From Vicugna vicugna (taxonomy: Eukaryota): DNA of 64,000 nucleotides. Shown piece after piece: positions 27,923-38,740 of this stretch. How positions within the stretch are numbered: the stretch's first letter is position 1; every line of letters begins with the position of its first letter. Location of the stretch: the NCBI GenBank assembly GCA_013265495.1, contig MU062317.1:1486229-1550228 (forward strand), in the 5' to 3' direction. Under the pieces are notes generated by a model. That model searched no databases and was not told the origin of the DNA. It saw only the letters and a list, made by a program, of their open reading frames with translations. A program made the translations under genes and the position numbers.

Positions 27923-28317
27923 TGAGTATGGGGGACCCTGGGGGACCCCCTTGCAGGGCAGGGAGGGGTTCCTCCTCGACTCTGAGCCCCTCCCACACCC
28001 TCCAGGACACTGTGAGCACTGGGGACACGCACACTGTCTGGTGGGGGGAAGGGGAGGCACCTTCAGACAGTGGGGGCCAGACAGGGGTACAGGGGGGCAG
28101 GGAGGGGGTCTGGGCAGGGGGACAGGGAGGCAGGGAGGACAGGGCTTCAGGGAGAGTCCCTCCCCTGCCCCTTCCTTCTCACTTCCCTGGTCTCAGTGTG
28201 GCCACCTTGGCCCTTCCTCCTCCCTGGACCTGCCCCAGGGCCCCCTTGTTCCCTGCAGCCAGGTGTCACCCCTAGCTTGGCGTCAGGCAGAGCCCAGCCC
28301 TGTCCTTCCCTCCGCAG

Positions 28318-28442
28318 CGGGTTCCAGTGTCTCTCCTTCCCTCTGTCCAGCCCCCAGTCCGGGGGCCTGGAGCCCAGAGCTGCCCTAGGAAGTGCCGATG
28401 CCGACTCGCCGCCCGCTGAGGCAGACCCCATGCGCCGGGCCG
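28318..28442 (+). CDS. MORN1: MORN1 exon 10 (FGFQCLSFPLSSPQSGGLEPRAALGSADADSPPAEADPMRRA-)
   Basis: CCGCAG acceptor, G|GTGAGT donor; similar to recalled GFECIPYPVSSP segment; phase-compatible with exon 11. Confidence 0.88.
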
Positions 28443-29039
28443 GTGAGTGCTGTCAACCAAGGGTCTGCGGTGGGCAGCATGAGCTTGAGTGTTCAGGGTG
28501 ACAGCGGTGGCCCCAAAGCCGGACAGGAGGAAACAAAGTTGAGCCCTGAGATGAGTGGACCTGGGAGACACAGGCCATCCTGGGAAAGCGGTGCCCAGGC
28601 CCCAGCAGACCTCGGCCGGACAACAAGTGGGACCTGCTTCCGAAGGGCTATCGCCGTGGCAGGGGGTTAAACGGCAGGCTGGGGGCTGCTGACCTGGCAT
28701 CCAGGCTGCTGCCCGTGCTCACCATGCAGACCCAGGGCCCTCGTGGGGTTGGGGTCAGCGGTCCTGAGTCTGCCGCGGCGCTGTCCTGTGCTCTCCACAC
28801 TCACCTCCCCTTGTCACCGTGACCACAGAGTGAAGTCCTCCTGTTTGTTCACCTGGCCGATGATCTGAGGGCTGTTTCTGCTCAGGGCTATCCCTGGAGG
28901 ATGGCAACCCCACCAAGGCCACTGCCCTGGGAGGCCTGTGGTCAGCCTGGACAGGACTCTGGGCCCCCAGGGTGTCTGTAGGGACCTTGTGGGCCTGACA
29001 GTCACGCGTGTTCACCTGATTTCCGGCTGATTCCACTCT

Positions 29040-29590
29040 GACTGGAGCGCACGGCATCGCCACATGCGCCGGCCCCCGATTCTCACGGCGGCGATGCGGC
29101 TCCGGCACCGGCAAAGCCCGGCTCCCCCAGGCCCGGGCGAGCAAAACCCACTCACTAGAACACAGGTCTGGCTTCCCATGGGTTTTTGGGATTATTCCCG
29201 GAGGCCGTGGTGGCACTTGGAGCGGATCAGAGTCCAGTCACTGCAGTCCGTCACAGATCCAACCCTCCCGGTGCAGGGGCGTTGCGGTAATGGTAGAAGG
29301 CATCCCGCCCAGCATGGGCCGCGGGGTCCGCCGGGTCCCTCGCCCTCGGCGTGGGAAGTGCAGCTGCGCCCGACCCGCCTAGGGCGCCGGTGTCTGGGGC
29401 CGGGCCCCCGCCCGGGACCCGCACACACTCTGCTCTGGTGTACGGGCCCGCACGCTCTCCTCAGCCGTCTGCGGGGCCCGACCTCACAGTTAGGGCTCCC
29501 GCTCTGGGTGCGGCCGGGGTGGGGCGGGGTCGGGGGCAGAGACTTGCCGAGTCCACAGCCCGGGCCAGCCAGGGCGGCTGTGTGGGGCTG
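29040..29590. promoter_or_regulatory. Intronic CpG-rich island-like segment adjacent to the LTR
   Basis: Dense CpGs and a GC box GGGGCGGGG at 29521-29529. Confidence 0.5.
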
Positions 29591-29591
29591 G

Positions 29592-30123
29592 TGTTGCAGG
29601 AAAGCGGGGCACGAAAGGAGGGCTGGGCCCCAGGCTTCGGGCGGGTCCCTGGGAGGCGCCCCGCCAAGTGAGGGTCCTTGGCTTCGCGCAGAGAAGAACT
29701 CAAGAGTGAGCCCAGGGGGAGTGAGGTACATTTGTTCGGGGAGACGTGCTCCTCAGACGGTGCGCAGGCGGCTCTGAAGGCGAGAGGCCCGGGGCAGGGG
29801 TTGCTAGTTTTTATAGGCGCGGTAACTTCATATGCTAACGAGCTGGAGGCTTATTCCGACCATTTGGGGGCTGGGATTCCCAGGAACTGGGACCACCCAC
29901 ATTTGGCCTTTTATGGTCAGCCTGGGAACTGTCTTGGCACCTGTGGGAGGGCCATTCACCATGCTGATACATTGCAGTGAGCGGACAGTGAGGCTCAAGG
30001 TCGCCTGGAGGTTGAGTCTTCAGCCATCTCCGGGCCTGGTTGGTTCTACCCAGTTTTTGTCATATCCTCAGTTGCTGTGTCCTTCTTTTAATGGCTGTGC
30101 CCGACTCCTCCGCTCCTGTCTCA
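29592..30123 (-). mobile_element. Solo ERV1-like LTR, 532 bp
   Basis: TG...CA termini (TGAGACAGGAG / TTTCCTGCAACA on -); 4-bp TSD CTGG/CTGA (3 of 4 match); TATAAAAA at 29815-29808; U5-like TTCTTCTCTGCGCGAAGCCAAGGACCCTC typical of ERV1 LTRs. Confidence 0.8.
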
Positions 30124-31249
30124 CTGAGACAAGGCAGCGTTCAGACCGAGGCCCGGGTCCTGCCCTCACGGGTCAGGCAGGGCCAGTGGGTCACCTGGTG
30201 GGGCAAGGGCCCCTTGGTGGCCTGGCCTGAGACCCCCTCTCTGCTTCCACCTCAGTTTATAGCAGCAAGTTTAGCTGCGTCGAAGAATGTGCTCCTATTT
30301 CTGCGTAAAAGCGCCCCCTGGGTGCCAGGCCTCCCCGGAGGGATTTCAGGGCCGCTCTGGAGGGGAGGGCTCGCAGGAATCCTGGCCTGAACTGGGTCCC
30401 GCGTGGGCCAAGGCGGGCTGGCGGGCTGGACTTGGCTTGGCGGGATGTGGGTATCGAGCCGTAGAAACTGCCTTTGGAGAAGCCGGGGACCAGGTTTCCG
30501 CTCTTGTAAGATCCACTCAGTTCCAGCCCTCAACTCTCTGCATCTGGCGCTGAGTCAGAGGCCCTGGGTCCCCCCCAGGTGTGTCTGGGGACCTACCCAG
30601 AGTCTCCACCATGTTTCCTCTTGTACAAACCGAGGCCGTCACAGCATCTGCCTCCATGACCCTGACCCGGTGCCCCGCTGCACCCCCTCCATCCCAGCCA
30701 CAGGGTCTGACCTAAGAAGTGCACCTGAGAAGGGAGAGGGCCCGCTGCCCAGAGGCCAGGGGGCTGAGCTCTGCTTTTGCTTCTCCTAAAACTGACCGTT
30801 CCCTTTGTGGGAACAGGTTCACGCAGGACCATTCCCACTGAAAGTCTTCCCCAACACAGCTGCCTTCAGAGCGTCCCCCAACCCCTCAGACATGTTAGCA
30901 GGGGTCTGGGCCGGCTCAGGGTCACGAACACGCTGTGTCCGTCTGTCCTCCGTCTGTCCTGATGTTCGAGCTCTGCCGTGAGTAGGATTGTGGTTAGTCC
31001 AAGTAAGAGAAACCGAGATAATCACGGTTGAAAGTGGGGGCCTGGAGGGGTCACCTCGTGTCCCAGCTCCTGGTCAGCAGGAAGGAGGGGGCCGGGGCTG
31101 CTGGGGCCTAGGGTGCGGCCGGCAGGACCTGGGACCCCGGGATGGAGCGGCGCCGGAGGGGAGCACGGGGCTGCGGGGGCGGGGAGTGAGTGAGGCTTTT
31201 TTTTAAGTAAAATGGCTTATTCTCAGGCTCTCCAGGGACAGAGATCTTC

Positions 31250-31402
31250 CCTTATTTGTTTTTACCTATTTGTTTGTTTATTTTTGCAGAGGGAAGGTAC
31301 TTAGGTTTATTCACTTATTTTTTTCGGTGGTGGTCCCAGGGATTGAACCCAGGACCTCGTGCGTGCCAAGCACGCACTCTCCCATTTGAGCTATACCCTC
31401 CC
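31250..31402 (-). mobile_element. Vic-1-type SINE
   Basis: Reverse complement GGGAGGGTATAGCTCAAATGGGAGAG..GGTCCTGGGTTCAATCCC plus an A-rich tail. Confidence 0.85.
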
Positions 31403-32119
31403 TTCTTCTTTAGCTTCTAAGTTTTCCTTATCCACTGTCTGAGAAGGCACAAAGTGCAAGCCCCACGTGCACAGGATCACAGAGCAGGACCCTTTCCTCC
31501 TGGGAGTGAACCTGTGTGTCCTCGAGACCGTCCGCCTCACATTCACCCCCGCCCCCAGCCACAGCCCTTCCTTGCTTGTCCTCCCCTAGGCCAGGCCTTC
31601 GCCAAGGGTCTGAGAGCCTTTTTCAAGCCTTCAGAGAGTCCAGGGGTCTCGGGTTCCAGCCCGAGCCGCCGCCTGCCTCTGCGCTCACCTGGGCGAGGGC
31701 TGTGTGAGGAGGGACGCAGTCGTGGAGGGTGGGGGCCCTGGATGTCAGAGGGCATCCCCCTACAGCTCTGGCCACAGCCAGGATCTCCTCACCACAGGTC
31801 TCTCGAGTGCGGGGCAGAGGGTTTTAGCTTGAAAGGCGATTTGGTACAAGTCCTGAAATAAATTTGGGCCAGAAAATCTCTGACTGTCCCTCTTGAAGCA
31901 CAGTGACCCTGGAGGAGGGAGTCCCATGAAATGTGCTTCCACGTTGGTCCCTTCCAGCCCAGGGTCACAGGCGTCCACACACAGCACAGCCAAACACAGG
32001 ACAGCTTTTGTCCTGTCGCTCGGGCACCCTGTGCTCAGCAGGGCACCCCCTCCCCCGGTTACCTGTCTCTCCCCAGCTGACTCAGTGGGGCACTGAGCTC
32101 ACACGAGCACCTGCTAAGT

Positions 32120-32500
32120 TTGGCTTCTTCCTAGGCGGACTATGTGCTTGCAGTGAGGTTTGGCTGCTTCTAACACAATCATGGCCTCAGCCCCATCGCT
32201 GTTTGTTCCTGACGTGAGTTTAGAGGCAGGGGTGACCTCCCTCCTGATCACCAGGAACTCCAGCTTCTGTTTCCTATTCTGCTGCTCTGCCATCTTTTGC
32301 CCATCACCTCATGGTCCAAGAGGGCTGCACAAGTGCCAGCCATCATGTCCCTATTCCAGCTAGCAAGAAGCAGGAAGGAGGGGCCTTCCCTTCTGAGAAG
32401 CTCTCTGGGTATTCCACCCACTGCCGCTCACACCTCATTGGTTATGCAACCACCCCAGGCCACAAGGAGACAAGAAACACAATTTCCAGCTATGACCAGG
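32120..32500. mobile_element. MaLR/ERVL-like LTR remnant (approximate)
   Basis: CTCTGCCATC..CTCATGGTCCAAGAGGGCTGC..CCAGCCATCATGTCC..ATTCCAG resembles recalled MLT1-class sequence. Confidence 0.4.
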
Positions 32501-35500
32501 TTCTGTTACCAGAGAAGAAGGGGAGACTGGGTATTTCGCATCAACCAGCCACCTTTGCCGAGTGATTTGGGAGCCCAAGTCAGAAATCTGGTCATCAGCC
32601 TACACCACGGGGCCCTGCTGGGTGCGCAGCCGGCGGGTGGGGATCTGGGCCTCCTGCCACCTCTGCCTCCCCTCTGCCTCCGTGGGATGAACCGCCGAAG
32701 GGGAGGCTGGTCCATGCCCCCATCCCCACCCTCCCATCCTGCATCCTGCATCTCCTCTTGGGAAGCAGGCCCCACCCAGGACAGCTAACCCAGGCCAGGA
32801 CCGAGGGCAGTGAATGATAGCAAAGGGGCTCGTGGTGAAGATGCTGGCTCTGCTAGATCAATGGGGTGGGCGGGAGATGCTGTGGTTGTGCAGGGGTTGG
32901 GGGGGGTCGCAGCTTTGGGACCTAATGAGGGCCCCAGGGAGGGGCGGCCCACCAGAAGGGGCAGGCAAGCCGGTACTGAGCGCTGGGGGTTAGGAGCTGT
33001 GGCTCCCGCCCTGCCCTGCCCTCCTGCCACTGTCCGGGAGGGTTCACTCCCTCAACAGGAAGCAGTGCCCTGGGCAGCCACCCTGGTCCTGGATGGTGGC
33101 CCCTCTGGGCTCTCACACTCAGGGTCCTGCGCTGAGGCCCTGGGTGGACAAAGGCCGCGCTGGGAGGCCTGGCCACAGGGTCGGGTCCAGCGGGCCCTGA
33201 CAGGCGGCACCTGTGGCCTTGCCCCCAGAGGTGGTGCTGGGTGCAGGTGTGCGGCCCCAGGTGCAGGTAAGGACCTACTGCAAGTCGGGGTGAGCTGCTG
33301 GGGCCTCCCATCCGGCCCCCTGCCGCTGGAGCACGAGCTCAGGTTCAAACCCTGGAGTGGTTAGGGGTTTCTGGAGGTTGGATGTTGGAAGTTGGCCTGC
33401 CCAGGGAGACGGGGAGGGACGCAGGCTCAGAGCAGAAGCATCCCGTGAGGCTGGCCTAAAATCAGAGCAGAGCAGGCGACATCTTATATTTTAAGGCAAT
33501 TACCCAGTTCAACTTTTTCTCAAGAGCCCAGCAGGCAGGGCAGCCACCTGGTCCTGCTGCAGGCGCTCGGTGCCCTGCACCCCAGGCTTCTCTGGACGAA
33601 GTATCCATGGCCTCTCATCACTGTTTCAGAACCACGGGTGCCTGAAGCCTGCATCTGTGCAGCAAGGAGGGGGTCCCGGAAAGACCCCCGCCTCGGGGTC
33701 TCAGCCTGTCCCCACAGCCCACCCCACAAGGCAGGCCTTCAGCGCCTGGGGCCAGGTGCTCTGAACCTGTAGGACAGTGGACGGCAGCCTTCCTTCCCCA
33801 TCCCACGGGCAATTCAGAAAATGAAACCTCTGAAAACTTGGCCCCCGATTATGCAGATAAGTAAGATGAGGAGAGAAAATGCTTTCTCTCTCCAAAGGCC
33901 TAATGGCAGTAACATGGAATTCAAACCTCTGTATTGTATTATTTTGTTGATGAGGAATACTTCAGTCGATTACGTGTCTTCAACTTCCCGGTAGACGACT
34001 CGCTATTTGTTGAGAAGGCGGCGATGTCGCTGACTGTTGCCAGAGACTCTAAGCCCTGTTTTGGTGAAATCGTAGCGCCCAGACTCTAGTAACAAAGCAC
34101 GCTGACTCCACGTTCAGAAAGATCTTTATATTTAGCCCCTTACCCTTTTGTGATTCCCACCCACCGCTTCAGACAGCAGGACCTTTTATGTTCATTGCTG
34201 TCAGTGGGGTGTCTGCCTTGCAGGGGGCCCCACACCCCCGAGTAATTTAAGCCCCTTGAGTCCTAATGCAGGTGCGGATAATTGCTGGAGGGCCGCTGTC
34301 GGGCTGGCTGAGCCCGGGGGCGTCAAACAATCCCCTGTAAACTGGATTTGGGAACCCAAAAAAGCCACAGCAGTGAGGGGAACCTCAGGTCACCTTTTTT
34401 TAGTGCACAAAACCCTCCCTTGAAATGTTCCCAATTGATCTGAGTGTCTCCTCTTTTTCACTGTTGAACGATGGTTCTGAGAATTCATCAGCTGGGATCC
34501 ATGAAGAATCACCCACAACTGTAAGATGATTTTAAAAATCAAGGTGCCCTTTGCCGCTAATCCAATCTTGCCAATAAAAGTGACAAAACGGGTAGCAGGG
34601 AACTTCTAGAAATTTCACCGCCTCTTGGGGTGATAACAGGCATTAATGTTTATCGTCTGTGCTTAATTGTGGCAGAATAGCATGAAGGGTCCATATTTTT
34701 AAAGGAAAATTTGTGCTGTAAATTCCTTGTTCAGGAATCACACCAGCTAGAGGGAGAGTCCCAGAGGAGTGTCAAAAGATACCTACCGCGTTCCTTCCAG
34801 TGCCAAAGCCGCAGGTCACAATGGGAGTGAACTCAGAGGTGGGGGGGGGGTCCTGCCTGAAACCAAGCGTCAGAGGAGAGGGGGCCACAAGATCCCCAAG
34901 ACCACAGAGGGAGCCGGGGCCACAGGGGTGCCTTCTCCCAAGGCTCTCCTGGACCCCTGGCCCTCTGCCCCTGCACGTCTGGGAGCAGGTGAGCAGGGCT
35001 GTGAGGGGCCTGACCCCCAGGGCCTGCTGGGAACCACCCCCCTCCACCGCCATCTCCTCCTTCCCCGGGGCTGGATGCCTGGTCTGGGGCCTGGATAAGA
35101 GCCAGGACGCACCAGCCTCTCTGTGTGTCTTGTGGCCTCAGACACCCGCACTGTCCAGCCCCTGACGGCAGATCTTTGGCAGCCGTCTGGTGGGAACCAC
35201 AGCATGGGGAGAGAAGAAGGGAGGCGGACGGGTGGAGCCGAGGTCTGGCCTGTCCTTAGTGGGCACTGCACAGCAGGTGCCCTGGATGTACCTCCCAGCA
35301 ATGCAGCTCCAGCCTGGTCTCCTCCCAGCACCCTGGTCATGGCCTCGGAGCCCTGTCCACAGGGGGACACAGTGGGCAGTCTCCTGAGGTGGCCAAGCGC
35401 CTGGCAGTCTGCAGATATGGCAAGAACACCCTACCTGCAAGGGGTCAGGGGGCTCTCGCCCCTGTGACCCTGGGGGTTGAGGCCGTCTGCCACCAGTCAG

Positions 35501-36199
35501 GGATGGTGACTTCACCTGCTTCCCCAGCTCCTTCAGATGGGACCAACGTGCAAAGTCGGCCACTGGCTGCTGGCAGCTTCCTGCCTCAGGTGGCGCAGTG
35601 CCTGCCTGGCCTGGTGCCTGGGACCCCACGTCAGCCCCTCTGCCGCCTCCCTGAGTACCATCGGTGGGGCTCCCCGTCTTCTGTGGTCTGAGCACTTGCT
35701 TGCCTGCGGCCTCGTCCCAGGGGCCCTCCCTGTATCACCCCCCCATCACAGAGCCTGCGGCCTGCCTCTGTGGGCCACACTGCTGCCTGCAGGTCCCAGG
35801 GACAACCCAGGATGCAGCGCTGGGTCAGGCTCCTACACCGCTGAGAGGCCTCTGCTGGCTGAGGCGTGTCACGGGTCACCGGGGCCTGGTGGTGCAGGGT
35901 GCGGCCCTGTGATTCCGGAGTGGCTCCAGCTGGGCTTGAGGGCAGACGGCTAGGAAGGCACCGGACCTATCCAGGTCCCCAGGCGAGGGGCCAGGGCACA
36001 GGCACCGTCAAGGAGGCTGCGTCTACCCACAGCATCGTCCGAAGTTGCCTGGGAGGGTCAGCTTGGAGATCGCTGTTGTCCTGGGGGCAGTGGTGCAGGC
36101 CTGGCCCAGGATGACGTGGAGGAGGGGCTGGCAGGGCACCACCACAAGGAGGTGCCGGGGCCAGTGAGGGGTGGCCCCGGACTGACGGCCTGCACTTGT

Positions 36200-36370
36200 G
36201 GGCGTGTTTATGTGCGTGTGAGCGCACACACCGGGCGAGCCTCTGTACGCGTGTGTGCATGTGCACGAGGGCATAGGAGACTGTGTTTTGGGCCCTACAT
36301 GCGAATGAGCATGAGTGGTGTGCACACTCACGTGTGGGACTGTGGGTGTGCATGTGTGCTCGCACGCAGG
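36200..36370. repeat. Degenerate (GT/GC)n alternating purine-pyrimidine tract
   Basis: GTGCGTGTGAGCGCACAC..GTGTGTGCATGTGCAC seen directly. Confidence 0.6.
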
Positions 36371-38264
36371 GTCAGGCGCGGGGAAGTGGCGATCACGGCC
36401 CCCAGTCCTGCCCCCAGGTGCCAGGGGGGAAGAGCCTCGGGCAGCGGGCTGGCGAGCCCACAGGTCTTTTCCTGAAGCCTCGGAATCGCTGCCTTTTAGA
36501 GGCAGTCTGCCTGCCGGCTTGGTTCCCTCCTTGCTCCAGGGCCTCGTGCCAGCCCTGCCCCGAGCGAGGAGAGGAGGCCGGCGGCAGAGCCGTGACCTCG
36601 GCCGCTCCCCACGCGCCAGCCGCGAGCTTCTTGGCCGGGTGGTCTCCTAGAAACAGCCACAAATGGCCCTTCCATTCTCTCCGGAAGAACAGGGCACACG
36701 AGTTTTCTGCTAAGAGAAGCACAAACCCCCAGCCCAAGGCTGACTCCATCCCACCAGAGACGCGAGCCCCTGCTCCTGGAGGCCCCAGGCCTCCGCCGCG
36801 GCCCCAGCAAGGCCCCGTGCGCCGTCCAGGCCGGGATTCCTCTGCCAGCTGGCCGCCCTCTGCAGGTGGCCTCACGTTGGAAAGCAGCTGCTGGCTGCCC
36901 CAGTTCAGGCCACGTCGTGGCCCCTGAGGCCTCTGCCCAGGGCCATCCAAGAGGCCCAAGGACGGACGGACGTCGTCGAAGCGGCAGCTTCAGAAACGGC
37001 ACCTCCCAGTAAGTGAAAGGACGCGCCACCGCGGGAGCTTGGAGGGCCCCAGTGTCAGTGCCCACGTCCTCTGGCCTCTCCCGGGGCTGGGCTCCAGCTC
37101 CCCAGACTCCTCCCACCCAGGACGGGCTGAAGACAGCCGTGAACAGGTAGGGGACACCCAGGGCCCAGCAGCTGCTTTCCAGTCTCTGGCCGAGGGCTGG
37201 GGGACAGATGGGAAACCGTGGGTCAGTGGGCACCTTCCTGAGCCCGCGGGTGTGGCTGGCTGTCCGCCTCATCCCCGCGGGGCTGGTGGCCGCAGCCAAG
37301 TCCTCTCCGGGGTTCCTGGCACCTGTGCACAGTGTGCCCAACCTCATTCTCCCGGGTTGTGTACAAATAGCTTGGCAGGGGGCCTTCTGGAGGTGGGGAG
37401 TGGGCGGGGGCATCAGAAACAGACACAGAAAGAACCCCAAATTTGTCCCCAGTCTTGGCAGTCTGCCAGCAGAAAAGGCCCCTTTGCGTTCCTCGGCGCC
37501 GGGAGGCAGGTCTGACAAAAGCAGCGTGGCCTCGAGGTGGCAGGATGCATCTGTGCGCCTCTTCCCGAAAGCGGGAGTTGTTAGCTGAGCTTAGGTGTGT
37601 GCGGACCCTGCCGCTCCTTTTAGAAAAGACGGGACTGGGGTGGGTTCCCGGCAGCGACAGAAAGCTCGGGTTGTAGGAACACGCGGTGGGAAAGGACGTG
37701 GGCCAATGGGAACAATGGCGTCACGATGAATCCACTCTCTGTGCTTCGGAAAAGGGAGGGAAAGGGCAGGATAGGGGCCCCAGAGCTGGGATCTGCTGAG
37801 TACAACCAGATGTGGCTGCCAGGGCCCATGTGCCCAGGAACCTCGCTCTGCCAGGCGTCCCTGACCCAAACTGCCCACCACAGGGACCGGAGATTCTAAA
37901 TGCCCGCCGTGCCCACCCCTCCTCGTCCAGGCTGGGCCATGGGCTCCCTTACTGGCCTGGTTCAAGAAAGGAGACACACCTTCTTAATAAAAAAATACAC
38001 TAAAACTCACCCAGGGGAAGGAAAGAGGGCCTGCAGCTACAGACATTATGTCTCCTTGCATGGTAATTTCTGTTTCTGGGGCTGATTCCCAGCCTGTATC
38101 TCCACCCTAGGTGTGGGCAGCGTGGACAGACAGGGCTGAGGTGGACAAGGGGTGCTCTTGCGGGGGGGCCTGAGGAATGTGCGGGTCCAGTCCTGTGGTC
38201 TCTTCTAAGACTCGATTCCACCCCAGTGGTGCCTGTGGAGCAGCACAGCCCCTTGGCTAGAGCT

Positions 38265-38365
38265 GGCCGTTTTCAGTTTCCTTCTCTGTAAATAGGGAGA
38301 CAGCAGCTCCTCCTCTAGGCTGAGATGAGGGTCAGGTGTGTGCAAACCACATGGGAAGAGCTTAG
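38265..38365 (+). mobile_element. MIR remnant
   Basis: TTCAGTTTCCTTCTCTGTAAATAGGGAGA matches the MIR core CTCAGTTTCCTCATCTGTAAAATGGG. Confidence 0.6.
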
Positions 38366-38424
38366 CAAAGGATCCGGCCCCTGGAGAGTGCAGAGTGACC
38401 ACTCTGTGGAGGTGAGAACAGTTC

Positions 38425-38740
38425 TGGTGGTGACTTCAGCGATGATGGTGAAGATGATGGTGGTGATAGTGATGATACCGATGGTGATGGTGNNNNNNNN
38501 NNNNNNNNNNNNNNNNNNNNNNNNNNNNNNNNNNNNNNNNNNNNNNNNNNNNNNNNNNNNNNNNNNNNNNNNNNNNNNNNNNNNNNNNNNNNNNNNNNNN
38601 NNNNNNNNNNNNNNNNNNNNNNNNNNNNNNNNNNNNNNNNNNNNNNNNNNNNNNNNNNNNNNNNNNNNNNNNNNNNNNNNNNNNNNNNNNNNNNNNNNNN
38701 NNNNNNNNNNNNNNNNNNNNNNNNNNTCATGATGATGACA
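38425..38740 (+). repeat. (TGA/TGG)n microsatellite containing an assembly gap
   Basis: GATGATGGTG repeats on the left flank and ATGATGATG on the right of the N run. Confidence 0.85.
38493..38726. other. Assembly gap (234 N)
   Basis: Run of N. Confidence 1.
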
